A DNA stretch of 62,584 nt, filler included. It is 5 parts of 5 records of this genome, joined end to end, with 100 filler letters (N's around TTAATTAATTAA, not from the genome) between each part and the next. Parts side by side here need not be neighbours in the genome. Positions count along the whole stretch, not along the records: positions 1 to 14,296 come from SRR22947725_5057; 4 more parts are not named here. One strand, written 5' to 3'. The translations under genes were made by a program, and so were the position numbers. Every line of letters begins with the position of its first letter. The first letter of the stretch is position 1. A model generated the notes under the pieces. That model saw only the letters and a list, made by a program, of their open reading frames with translations, had not been told where the DNA came from and made no database searches. Positions 1 to 8,880 of the stretch are shown piece after piece.

Positions 1-417
1 AATAACAGCTTGCCAAAAGAAGATTTGTACTAATAAAGGAATATTTCTGATTGTCTCAACAAGTCCTGTTGATGACCTTTGAACAACCCAGTTTTTGGAA
101 AGCCTAGCAACACCTATTACTGTTCCAAGTATTGTTGCTACAAATATTCCCGATAAAGTAATACGTAACATATTAGCCATACCAACTTGTAACGCCTGAA
201 GACCAGATTCAGGGTAAGTTACAAAACCTTCTGAAATAAGTACTCCTGGAGTTGTTCCAAGAAATCGCCACGAAAAAGGTAAATTAGTAGCATTTAAATT
301 ATTGATAGCTTGAGAGATGAAGTTACTAACTATATTGAATAATAAAAATAAAAAAGCAATCTGACCTGCCCATTTAAGGAACCTAACATCTCTCCAAAAA
401 GCTGTATTAATTTTCAT
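1..417 (-). CDS. aapQ: Amino-acid ABC transporter permease (AapQ/BztB-like), truncated by the window edge
   Basis: Manual translation MKINTAFWRDVRFLKWAGQ...ATILGTVIGVARLSKNW...VETIRNIPLLVQIFFW; directly downstream of an AapJ-like binding protein. Confidence 0.85.
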   Translation of the reverse strand, partial: MKINTAFWRDVRFLKWAGQIAFLFLLFNIVSNFISQAINNLNATNLPFSWRFLGTTPGVLISEGFVTYPESGLQALQVGMANMLRITLSGIFVATILGTVIGVARLSKNWVVQRSSTGLVETIRNIPLLVQIFFWQAVI

Positions 418-490
418 TTTTTTAAAAGTCATCAATATTAGAAAATGATAGCACCCAAATAACTACATTTCTAGGTGGATTATAAAGAAT

Positions 491-520
491 AAAAAAAAGG
501 GGTCCGAAGACCCCTTTTTT
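491..520 (-). terminator. Intrinsic terminator/stabilising hairpin between aapJ and aapQ
   Basis: GGGGTC-TTCG-GACCCC stem-loop on the minus strand followed by T8; flanked by A/T tracts on both sides. Confidence 0.8.
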
Positions 521-535
521 AAAACATTTAAGTTT

Positions 536-1600
536 TTACCTTGCAGGTGGTGCGTAAATTAATCCGCCATCTGTCCAAAGTGCGTTAGCTGAACCTTCTC
601 TATAAAGTCCGACAGGATTTAAGTTCTTTGAATAAATCTCGTCATAGTTACCAACTTGCTTGATAACGTTATAGTAAGCATCTGCACTTAAGCCCATGCT
701 TGTTTGAAGTTCGCCGTCATTTTTACCTGTAAGACGTCCCATTTCTGGATTTGCCTCATAGTCAAATGAATCAACGTTTGCACGTGTTACACCATATTCA
801 TCAGCGATGAATGTAGCATATACTGTCCAGTTAACAATATCTGCCCATTGGCTATCGTTTGAACGATAAACAGGTCCAAGAGGTTCTTTTGAGATTGGAG
901 TGGCTGGGAAAATTGCCCAGTCATTCATCTTGTCCTCTTTAGCTCTGTTACCAACAAGACCGGAACCATCTGTAGTTACAAGATCACATTCTCCAGCTTT
1001 GAATTTCTCCATAGCTTCTGGGAATGCTTCAACTGTTACAAGCTCTATAGTTGCGCCTACAAGACCTGCTCCTTCAGTAATGTTTTTCTCTGTTGTTGTA
1101 CCAGCATTTGTACAAACTCTTAAGCCGTCGATGTCTGCAAGAGTTGATGAGCCAGAAAGTCCATCGGAATTTCTACCCATTAATTGCTGACCATCATAAT
1201 AAGTTGTTGGTCCAAAATCGTTACCAAGGTCGGTATCACGAGATTGTGTCCAAGTTGTGTTTCTTATTAAGAGATCAACTTCACCAGCTGACAATGCTGT
1301 AAATCTTTCAGCAGCTGTCAAAGCAGTGAACTCAACTTTACTGTAATCTCCGAATACTGCTGCTGCTACTGCATAACAGTAGTCTGCATCAATACCGGTT
1401 ACAGAACCATCGGCTTGAGTCTCTGAGAATGCTACAGCAGAACCTGAAACACCGCACTTGAGGAATCCTCTGTCGGTTACTGTTTCAAGAGTTGTTTTTT
1501 CAACAACTACTTCTTCTACTGCTTCTTCAGTAGTTTCTGCAGCACATGCTACAGCTACTAATGCGAGTACAAGCAGAGATACGATTGTTTTTTTATTCAA
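536..1600 (-). CDS. aapJ: General L-amino-acid ABC transporter substrate-binding lipoprotein (AapJ/BztA family)
   Basis: Lipobox-like AVAC; motifs LKCGV, LLIRNTTWTQSRD, ISKEPLGP, VGNYDEIY, GGLIYAPP; TTG start with AAGGAG RBS. Confidence 0.9.
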   Translation of the reverse strand: MNKKTIVSLLVLALVAVACAAETTEEAVEEVVVEKTTLETVTDRGFLKCGVSGSAVAFSETQADGSVTGIDADYCYAVAAAVFGDYSKVEFTALTAAERFTALSAGEVDLLIRNTTWTQSRDTDLGNDFGPTTYYDGQQLMGRNSDGLSGSSTLADIDGLRVCTNAGTTTEKNITEGAGLVGATIELVTVEAFPEAMEKFKAGECDLVTTDGSGLVGNRAKEDKMNDWAIFPATPISKEPLGPVYRSNDSQWADIVNWTVYATFIADEYGVTRANVDSFDYEANPEMGRLTGKNDGELQTSMGLSADAYYNVIKQVGNYDEIYSKNLNPVGLYREGSANALWTDGGLIYAPPAR

Positions 1601-1799
1601 TGTTTCTCCTTTTAATTAAAAGTAGACTGCTTCATTAAAAAGCAATCTACAACTAATATACTAAAAAAAAGGTTTCTGTATATAAAATTTTTCTCTTTAT
1701 ATATCTAATTAGTTGCATATATCTCTAGATTCGCTAAGAAATCGCTAAAGATAAATATAAACTGACATTAAAATTTGGAGTTGTACATAAGGAGTTTAA

Positions 1800-3080
1800 A
1801 TGACTGCCACCGTAGTTCTCGGAGCCCAATGGGGAGATGAGGGTAAGGGTAAAGTCACAGATTTTTTTGCTTCAGAAGCTGATTATGTAGTTAGATTTCA
1901 AGGTGGAAACAACGCAGGACATACCATCGTTGTCGGCGATGAAAAAATTGCTTTATCACTAACACCTTCTGGTGTCCTTTACCCAGATTGTGTTCCCGTA
2001 ATAGGATCTGGATGTGTTGTAGATATTGGCTTCCTCAAAAATGAACTTGAAATGTTGAACTCCAAAAATGTTAGTACAGAAAAATTAGCAATTTCTCCCA
2101 ATGCCCATGTCATCATGCCTTATCACAAATTACTCGATGAACTTATAGAAGAAAGCTTAGGGAAAAATAAAATTGGAACAACCAAAAAAGGCATAGGGCC
2201 TTGTTATGCTGACAAAATACAAAGAAGTGGAATTAGAATACAAGATCTGCTCGATGATAAAATATTTGAAGAAAAAGTAAGAATAAACACTGAAGAAAAA
2301 AACAAACTTCTAACCAAAATCTACAATCGTGAACCTCTCGACGCAGATGAAATTATTAATGAATTCAAATCTTATAAAGATATCGTCACAAACCATGTAA
2401 AAGATACTTCTTTGATGATTTCGAAAGCAATTAAAGAAAATAAGAATATTTTATTTGAAGGTGCTCAAGGAACTTTACTAGATATTGATCATGGCACTTA
2501 TCCTTTTGTAACAAGCTCAAATACCTCGTCAGGTAATGCTGCGATTGGTTCTGGAGTTGGTCCGCTGAGTTTGAACAAAATAGTCGGTGTTACTAAAGCG
2601 TATATATCACGTGTTGGTAGCGGTCCTTTTATTACAGAACAAAAAAATGATATTGGAGATTTCCTAATAGAGAAAGGTGCAGAGTTTGGAGTAGTTACAG
2701 GTCGAAGGAGAAGGTGTGGGTGGCTTGACTTAGTTTCTTTAAAATACTCTGTAAGAGTTAACTCTCTAACTGAGTTGTTTATTACAAAACTTGATGTTCT
2801 TTCAGGTCTTGAGGAAATAAAGCTTGGTATTGGTTATAGACATAACGATGAAGTAATTACTGATTATCCATATCAACAAAATGTGTTTTATGACGCAGAT
2901 CCAGTTTACGACACATTTAAAGGTTGGTCTGAAGATATTACTTCTATCAAAAATTTTGATGATTTACCTCTAAATGCTAAAAAATATATCAATGCTATCG
3001 AGGAATTTATTGAAATTCCAATAACATTCATAGGTGTAGGTCCTGAAAGAACCCAGAATATAGTTATCAATAATGATTGA
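1800..3080 (+). CDS. purA: Adenylosuccinate synthetase
   Basis: GAQWGDEGKGK, RFQGGNNAGHT, FEGAQG, TGRRRRCGW motifs. Confidence 0.97.
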   Translation: MTATVVLGAQWGDEGKGKVTDFFASEADYVVRFQGGNNAGHTIVVGDEKIALSLTPSGVLYPDCVPVIGSGCVVDIGFLKNELEMLNSKNVSTEKLAISPNAHVIMPYHKLLDELIEESLGKNKIGTTKKGIGPCYADKIQRSGIRIQDLLDDKIFEEKVRINTEEKNKLLTKIYNREPLDADEIINEFKSYKDIVTNHVKDTSLMISKAIKENKNILFEGAQGTLLDIDHGTYPFVTSSNTSSGNAAIGSGVGPLSLNKIVGVTKAYISRVGSGPFITEQKNDIGDFLIEKGAEFGVVTGRRRRCGWLDLVSLKYSVRVNSLTELFITKLDVLSGLEEIKLGIGYRHNDEVITDYPYQQNVFYDADPVYDTFKGWSEDITSIKNFDDLPLNAKKYINAIEEFIEIPITFIGVGPERTQNIVINND

Positions 3081-4347
3081 GAGATATCAATACCCTGAAA
3101 TTCAAACAATTTGGAACGATCAAAACAAATTTGATACCTGGAAAATTGTAGAACAAAAATATCTAGAAACTTTAGAGGAGAAAGAAATTTCTCCAACAGG
3201 AGTTTCTAAAGTAATCGAAAAAATTGAAATTCTTAAAGATGAGGTATACGAAAGAGAAAAAATAACAAACCATGATTTAGCATCTTTTGTTGACATACTT
3301 CAAGCTAAGGTAGGTGAAAATTCCAATTGGATTCACTATGGGCTCACCAGCTCCGATGTAGTAGATACGGCAAATAGTTTACTAATTAAGGAGTCGTTAA
3401 ATATAACAATCAATTTGCTAAATCAACTTCTTGAAGAAATCAAAATTAAAGCAAAACAAGAAATGAATACACAAATTGTTGGAAGAACTCATGGTGTTTT
3501 TGCAGAAACAACTTTTTTGGGGAATATTTTTGGTAATTGGTATCAAGAAATAAAAAGGAATAAGATTCGCTTAGAGAACTGCTTACTAACAATCTCTGTA
3601 GGCAAATTAAGTGGACCTGTTGGGAATCACACTGTAGTAGACGAAAATATTGAGAAGCTTACACTCAATAAGCTTGGGCTGGAACCAGAAATCTTTGCGA
3701 GTCAGATTGTAGCAAGAGATAGATATGCTGAAGTGGTCAGCAGTATCGCCCTACTTGCAAGTAGCTTTGAAAGAATTGCAACAAACATCAGAGGCTATCA
3801 AAGATCAGAAGTCTCAGAATTGAGCGAGCCTTTTAAAAAAGGTCAAAAAGGTTCATCTGCAATGCCTCATAAGAAAAATCCAATCGCCAGTGAAAGAATT
3901 ACAGGATTAGCAAGAGTAATAAGGGGCTATTCGCTAAGCAGCATGGAAAATATAGTTTTATGGCACGAAAGAGATATTTCTAATTCCTCTGTTGAGAGAA
4001 TTATCTTGCCAGATGCATTTAATTTAATTTGTTTTATTACAAAAGATTTGAGCGAAATTTTTCAGGGACTACATGTAAATTATCAAGCTATAGAAAAGAA
4101 TCTAGGTATTGCATCAGATCAACTAAACAGTCAAAAAATTCTTTCAGCTTTAGTCAAAAATGGAATTGATAGAGACGATGCATACAGATCTATCCAAGAT
4201 CTTACATTTGAAAATTCATCAACTGAAGAGATGGTAAAAACACTTTCTGAAAAATATAAAGTTGACATTTCGTTAATTTCCGATTTTATTGAAAATGAAA
4301 GCTCTGCTATAAACGATAAAGACTCTTTCAATAGCAAGTTTCTATAA
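3073..4347 (+). CDS. purB: Adenylosuccinate lyase
   Basis: HYGLTSSD, GRTHG, GSSAMPHKKNP fumarate-lyase signature, LWHERDISNSSVER. Confidence 0.95.
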   Translation: MIERYQYPEIQTIWNDQNKFDTWKIVEQKYLETLEEKEISPTGVSKVIEKIEILKDEVYEREKITNHDLASFVDILQAKVGENSNWIHYGLTSSDVVDTANSLLIKESLNITINLLNQLLEEIKIKAKQEMNTQIVGRTHGVFAETTFLGNIFGNWYQEIKRNKIRLENCLLTISVGKLSGPVGNHTVVDENIEKLTLNKLGLEPEIFASQIVARDRYAEVVSSIALLASSFERIATNIRGYQRSEVSELSEPFKKGQKGSSAMPHKKNPIASERITGLARVIRGYSLSSMENIVLWHERDISNSSVERIILPDAFNLICFITKDLSEIFQGLHVNYQAIEKNLGIASDQLNSQKILSALVKNGIDRDDAYRSIQDLTFENSSTEEMVKTLSEKYKVDISLISDFIENESSAINDKDSFNSKFL

Positions 4348-4348
4348 A

Positions 4349-5029
4349 TTGAAAAAATTTTACGCGAAATATCTAGAAATTAAAGAAGAATTAAAAGAAT
4401 TAAATCTTAATCAAGAAGGTGTGTTTGATTCAGTAATTGCACCTCTCTTTTTTGTAACCATAAACAATTTTGTTACTCTAAACCAAGCAATTTTATACAC
4501 AGGTGTTTTGCTATCAGCTCTGTTTGTTTATCGCATTTTAAAAAAACAAAATTTAAAATTTGTATTCTATGGTTTAGTTGGGACACTTGTAGCTCTTGCG
4601 TTGGCCAGAATCCAAGGAAGTCCCTCCGGTTTTTTTATTCCAGGGATAGTGAGAGATGTCTCAATTGCGACTGTCGGTTTAATTTCAATAATAATTAAAA
4701 AACCATTTACTATTTATAGTTCTAAAGCAATTCGAAAATGGCCTCAAGAGTGGTACCTGCATGAACAAGTTCGTCCTGCCTACACACGAGTTGCTATTAT
4801 CTGGACTTTATACTTATTCATAAAAGGTGGTCTTCAAATAATATTCTTTAATTCACCTGAAATACTTGTCACAATAAAACTTTTATCTTCAAACCAAACA
4901 ACTATTATCTTATTAGTTGTTTCATATATTATTGGGCAAAATAGACTTCAGTCACTTGAGGGTCCGAGTATTGAGGAATTTTCAAATCATGCACCACCCC
5001 CTTGGGAAAGCCAACAAAAAGGTTTTTAG
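4349..5029 (+). CDS. DUF3159-like multi-pass membrane protein (actinobacterial)
   Basis: Several hydrophobic helices, GFFIPGI and RPAYTRVAIIW motifs resembling DUF3159. Confidence 0.6.
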   Translation: MKKFYAKYLEIKEELKELNLNQEGVFDSVIAPLFFVTINNFVTLNQAILYTGVLLSALFVYRILKKQNLKFVFYGLVGTLVALALARIQGSPSGFFIPGIVRDVSIATVGLISIIIKKPFTIYSSKAIRKWPQEWYLHEQVRPAYTRVAIIWTLYLFIKGGLQIIFFNSPEILVTIKLLSSNQTTIILLVVSYIIGQNRLQSLEGPSIEEFSNHAPPPWESQQKGF

Positions 5030-5043
5030 AGTAGGATTAACTT

Positions 5044-6255
5044 ATGGGTAATTTAAATACATCAGATTTGCCAATACTTGGCCTGTTAGCTGGAGTATTA
5101 ATTATTTCTTATGTGCTACTTAGATCCGTTATTTTTCCAATAATTAAACGAGGTGCAAGTAAAACTAGTACCTATATAGATGATCTTTTTCTTGATAAAA
5201 AGTTTCTAAATAGAATTTCTTATGTATTTGTTTTTGTACTTTATAACTTTTTAATCGCAACACCACAATTCAGTTTGGACATTTTTAATACCGAAATTTC
5301 TTCAAGGGTTTCAAGCTCACTATTAACACTTTTCATTGGATTAACACTCCTCGAAATGTTAAATGTTTTGAATAAAGTTTCCGAAAATATAAATTCACTA
5401 AAAAATAAACCCATAAAAGGCTACGTGCAAATAATAAAAATTGCTCTGAACTCATTTATATTCATCATTATATTTGCAATAATTACTGGACAACCAGTTA
5501 GTTATTACATAAGCGGTTTAGGAGCACTGACGGCAGTTTTACTGCTCGTTTTCCAAGACACAATATTATCTTTCATAGCATCAGTTCAAATAGGTCAGAA
5601 CAATATTATTAAGAATGGAGATTGGATAGAAGTTCCTGAGTATGGTGCAGACGGTGATGTTATCGATATCGCATTACATACAGTTAAAGTTCAGAATTGG
5701 GATAAAACTATAACAACAATACCTACTTCAAAAATTGTCACGACTTCTGTTAAAAACTGGAGAGGAATGTCAGAGTACGGAGGCAGGAGAATAAAGAGAT
5801 CAGTCTCAATAGATATTTCGAGTATCAAATTTATGGAAGATAAAGATATTGATAAATTAAAAGAGATGCCTTTAATTAGTAGATATCTTTCTGAAAAAAT
5901 TTTAGATATTGAAAAATATAATGCTTCAATTGTTGGAGAAAAAGAGAGAAGAAGGCTTACCAACCTCGGAACTTTGAGAGCGTACCTTCTTAATTATTTA
6001 AAAAATCATGATGGTCTCAATACTGAAACTATGACTCTACTAGTTAGGCAACTTGCTCCGACTGCTGTAGGAGTTCCTTTAGAACTTTATACTTTTACAA
6101 ATACAACTGATTGGGTTGAATATGAAGGTATTCAATCTGATATCTTTGACCATGTGTTTGCAGTCCTGCCAAAGTTTGGACTAAGAGCTTTTCAAGAAGG
6201 AACAGTCGAAGCTGCTGCTACACGGGGTCTTCCTATGAATGATTCAGAACTATAA
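5044..6255 (+). CDS. mscS: Small-conductance mechanosensitive channel (YbdG/MscM-like)
   Basis: GDWIEVPEYGADGDVIDIALHTVKVQNWDKTITTIPT, NWRGMSEYGGRRIKRS, YEGIQSDIFDH. Confidence 0.92.
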   Translation: MGNLNTSDLPILGLLAGVLIISYVLLRSVIFPIIKRGASKTSTYIDDLFLDKKFLNRISYVFVFVLYNFLIATPQFSLDIFNTEISSRVSSSLLTLFIGLTLLEMLNVLNKVSENINSLKNKPIKGYVQIIKIALNSFIFIIIFAIITGQPVSYYISGLGALTAVLLLVFQDTILSFIASVQIGQNNIIKNGDWIEVPEYGADGDVIDIALHTVKVQNWDKTITTIPTSKIVTTSVKNWRGMSEYGGRRIKRSVSIDISSIKFMEDKDIDKLKEMPLISRYLSEKILDIEKYNASIVGEKERRRLTNLGTLRAYLLNYLKNHDGLNTETMTLLVRQLAPTAVGVPLELYTFTNTTDWVEYEGIQSDIFDHVFAVLPKFGLRAFQEGTVEAAATRGLPMNDSEL

Positions 6256-6257
6256 AA

Positions 6258-7838
6258 CTATTTTGCCCTTTTGTCACTATCACTAAATGAATGGTTTTGA
6301 ATATGCTGATTGTTTAAAGTCAATTTCTTGGTATTTTGAAAAGAGTAGCTAATTAAAGCTAAGGCAATCATGAGATAATTAAAATAATTTCCCCATTTTG
6401 TATAGAGGGTCATCTTGTTAGACGTTTTGATCTTTTCTGTAAGTACCTCATCAGTAAATAGATCCGAAGAAGAATAAACTTTACCATTTATCCCGCTAAT
6501 AAATGCTGATTTACCGGTTATTGCAGCATGTACAATATCTCTATTATTTGCTATTGCGTTAGCTCTAGACATAAGTATAAATTGGTCTGACATTCCACTT
6601 TTACCGTAACTTGCCTGATTAGTCAAAATTACAACTACTTCGGCACCCTGGTCAACACTTCTTCTTATGTACCTATCAAATGAGCCTTCAAAAGAAATTA
6701 CAGGAGATATTTTGATTTGATCTTCGTTCGTAAACACTTCCTGCTGGGATCCTCTAGTCATATCTCTAGGAACAAGTGCGAGAGGTGGTATCCATTCTAA
6801 GTATTTTCGAAAAGGGATATACTCACCGAAAGGTACTGGGTGTTGCTTTAGGTACTCTCCAGCAATTTGACCACTTTCATTAATATAAATAGCATAGTTT
6901 TCAAACTCTCCTGGATTTGATGGTCTGTCCCCACCAATTAAAAAAGAAGCGTCTAATCTTTCAGCTTCCAAAGCTATCTCTTTTAGTGTTTCAATATTTA
7001 CTTTGGGGTCATTTTTAAAACCACTAGAACTTTCTGCCCAAACAATGAGCTTGCTTAAATCAGCCTCTTCTCCAATATTTTCACTGCCTAATAGTTTGGT
7101 AAGAGAAAGATGTTTGTCGTATATGCGTTGTCTCTCATTTTCACATTTATTTTTAGCACCTGGACATGGACTGTTTCCTTGCACTATTGATACTTCGATC
7201 TCTCTTACTAGCTCACCCACTTCAGATGGTTGTTGAAAAAAGTTGGGTAAAGTTAGAACAACTATCACTATCAATAGTTTTATAAAAATGTAACTAAGTT
7301 TTTCTCTGTTCGTGGATGTCAGAAATATAAATAAAATTAAGCTTTCGAGTAAAAGTGAGTACCCAATTGGTCCAAAGGTTTTGAATAGGATTGGAATTAC
7401 ATCAAAAAATACATTTTCTTGGTAATCGGATACTTCAGAAACACCCGTCAATAAAACAGTTGAAGAATATCCCCAAGGAAAGCCTCCAAAGGGAAAGTAC
7501 GACCTCAATAGGCCAAATGAGCTGACAACCCCTACCAAAGCAAGTACATTATTATTTGTTATATTTCCAGCAAAATTAAGTAGCTTGCTGTAGAAACCAT
7601 ACATTAAACCCATAAGAATCGTTAAAGGAACCCATGCTTCGTATCCAATTGATTGAATTCCAAATAAAATTACCCCGTAAGCTATACATCCAAAGATAAA
7701 TCCTTTGATAAATATTTTTTCAGTTTGAATAATTGAACCGTAGAAAAAGTAAATCGCGGGGAATATTAAATACCAATAATCAAATGGTGGGAAGCTTAAA
7801 AAATATAAGACCCCTGCGAGTATTGCTTTGAATAACAT
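6258..7838 (-). CDS. lnt: Apolipoprotein N-acyltransferase
   Basis: TM N-terminus with FGGFPW; nitrilase domain VQGN, VWAES, KQHPVPFGEYIP; ISFE in place of the canonical ICYE. Confidence 0.88.
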   Translation of the reverse strand: MLFKAILAGVLYFLSFPPFDYWYLIFPAIYFFYGSIIQTEKIFIKGFIFGCIAYGVILFGIQSIGYEAWVPLTILMGLMYGFYSKLLNFAGNITNNNVLALVGVVSSFGLLRSYFPFGGFPWGYSSTVLLTGVSEVSDYQENVFFDVIPILFKTFGPIGYSLLLESLILFIFLTSTNREKLSYIFIKLLIVIVVLTLPNFFQQPSEVGELVREIEVSIVQGNSPCPGAKNKCENERQRIYDKHLSLTKLLGSENIGEEADLSKLIVWAESSSGFKNDPKVNIETLKEIALEAERLDASFLIGGDRPSNPGEFENYAIYINESGQIAGEYLKQHPVPFGEYIPFRKYLEWIPPLALVPRDMTRGSQQEVFTNEDQIKISPVISFEGSFDRYIRRSVDQGAEVVVILTNQASYGKSGMSDQFILMSRANAIANNRDIVHAAITGKSAFISGINGKVYSSSDLFTDEVLTEKIKTSNKMTLYTKWGNYFNYLMIALALISYSFQNTKKLTLNNQHIQNHSFSDSDKRAK

Positions 7839-7875
7839 ATGTTCACATCTTAGTAATTAGTAGCGATGAAATAAA

Positions 7876-8610
7876 TTAAAATAAAACCCTATAGATAACT
7901 ATAGCTCCTGAAATTATTGAAAAATAAGTCACCATATCTGCAATTAGTTTGTCTGAAACTTTAGAAAAGAGTGAGCTTGAAAACCTTATTCCTAACAAAA
8001 CTGGTAAAACTAGATACATAAATAAAATCAAGTGATCTTGTAAAATATTTCCAGTAAACAACAATAAAGAAAGTGTAATCATTATTCCTAAAGTGAATAC
8101 TGCATTTAAAGATGGCCTAAATTCACTTCCTTTTGTTCCTCTATATAAAATTGCAATGGGTGGGCCTCCAATTGCTGCAATCATTCCAAAAATTCCTGAG
8201 AATGTACCAGCAATTAATGCATTTATAGAATTTCTTTTTAAATTCCAACCAAAATAAGAACCTAGTCCCGCACTTAACACTATTGCACCAACAGATATTG
8301 AGAGTAAATCTGGATTTAAAGTCGTTAGAAAAAGTAAGCCGATCGGTCCCCCTATAATTCGTCCAGCGACAAGAAATTTCATTGGTTTCCAGTTAACTTT
8401 AGATTTTTCTCTAATAAAAACTCTTAAAGCTAATGGAAGCCCGAGAAGAGAAAGTAGCTGAGGGACTAGCGCAGGTTCTATTTGAACAATAATTGGAGAG
8501 GCAATAACCGCAAAACCAAACCCAAGTACTCCTTGGACAGATGCAGAAATAAACAATAAAAGTGCTAAAAAAATTAATTCAAAAATCGAGAGGTCGAAAG
8601 GAATACTCAA
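7876..8610 (-). CDS. Sulfite exporter TauE/SafE family membrane protein
   Basis: About 8 TM helices with VQGVLGFGF and AAIGGPP repeat motifs; TTG start overlaps the upstream stop. Confidence 0.8.
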   Translation of the reverse strand: MSIPFDLSIFELIFLALLLFISASVQGVLGFGFAVIASPIIVQIEPALVPQLLSLLGLPLALRVFIREKSKVNWKPMKFLVAGRIIGGPIGLLFLTTLNPDLLSISVGAIVLSAGLGSYFGWNLKRNSINALIAGTFSGIFGMIAAIGGPPIAILYRGTKGSEFRPSLNAVFTLGIMITLSLLLFTGNILQDHLILFMYLVLPVLLGIRFSSSLFSKVSDKLIADMVTYFSIISGAIVIYRVLF

Positions 8611-8843
8611 CTTAGTGCTTTTTCAATAAGACCTAGAATCTCACCTTCTTCTGTATGTCGTCCTGTCTCTGACTTGGAGTATAAAAGTTCATCATTGAGA
8701 TAAAATTCAAAAACTCCTCCTGACCCAGGAATTAAATTAATAGATTTAACTTTTTGACCGTATATTTCTAAAATGTCTTCAATCGTGCTAACTGCACGAG
8801 GTGTGTAGTTTCAAACTACACAAAATTCAAGTTTGATATCCAT
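8607..8843 (-). CDS. SelW/SelT/SelH (Rdx family) selenoprotein, 78 aa, Sec at codon 11
   Basis: Manual translation MDIKLEFCVV(UGA)NYTPRAVSTIEDIL...NLIPGSGGVFEFYLNDELLYSKSETGRH...; CxxU motif plus the Rdx GGxFE and YSK motifs; absent from the ORF track because of the in-frame TGA at 8811-8813. Confidence 0.88.
8783..8799 (-). promoter_or_regulatory. Putative bacterial SECIS hairpin
   Basis: TCGTGC-AGTTA-GCACGA (6-bp stem, GU-containing loop) starting 11 nt after the UGA. Confidence 0.7.
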
Positions 8844-8880
8844 AAGACAAATACTATCATAAAAAACTCAAAGGAGATAA

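Noticed and set aside
8811-8813. Alternative genetic code (UGA=Trp/Gly) as the explanation for the in-frame TGA
   Set aside because: Other genes on the contig terminate at TGA and use TGG for Trp
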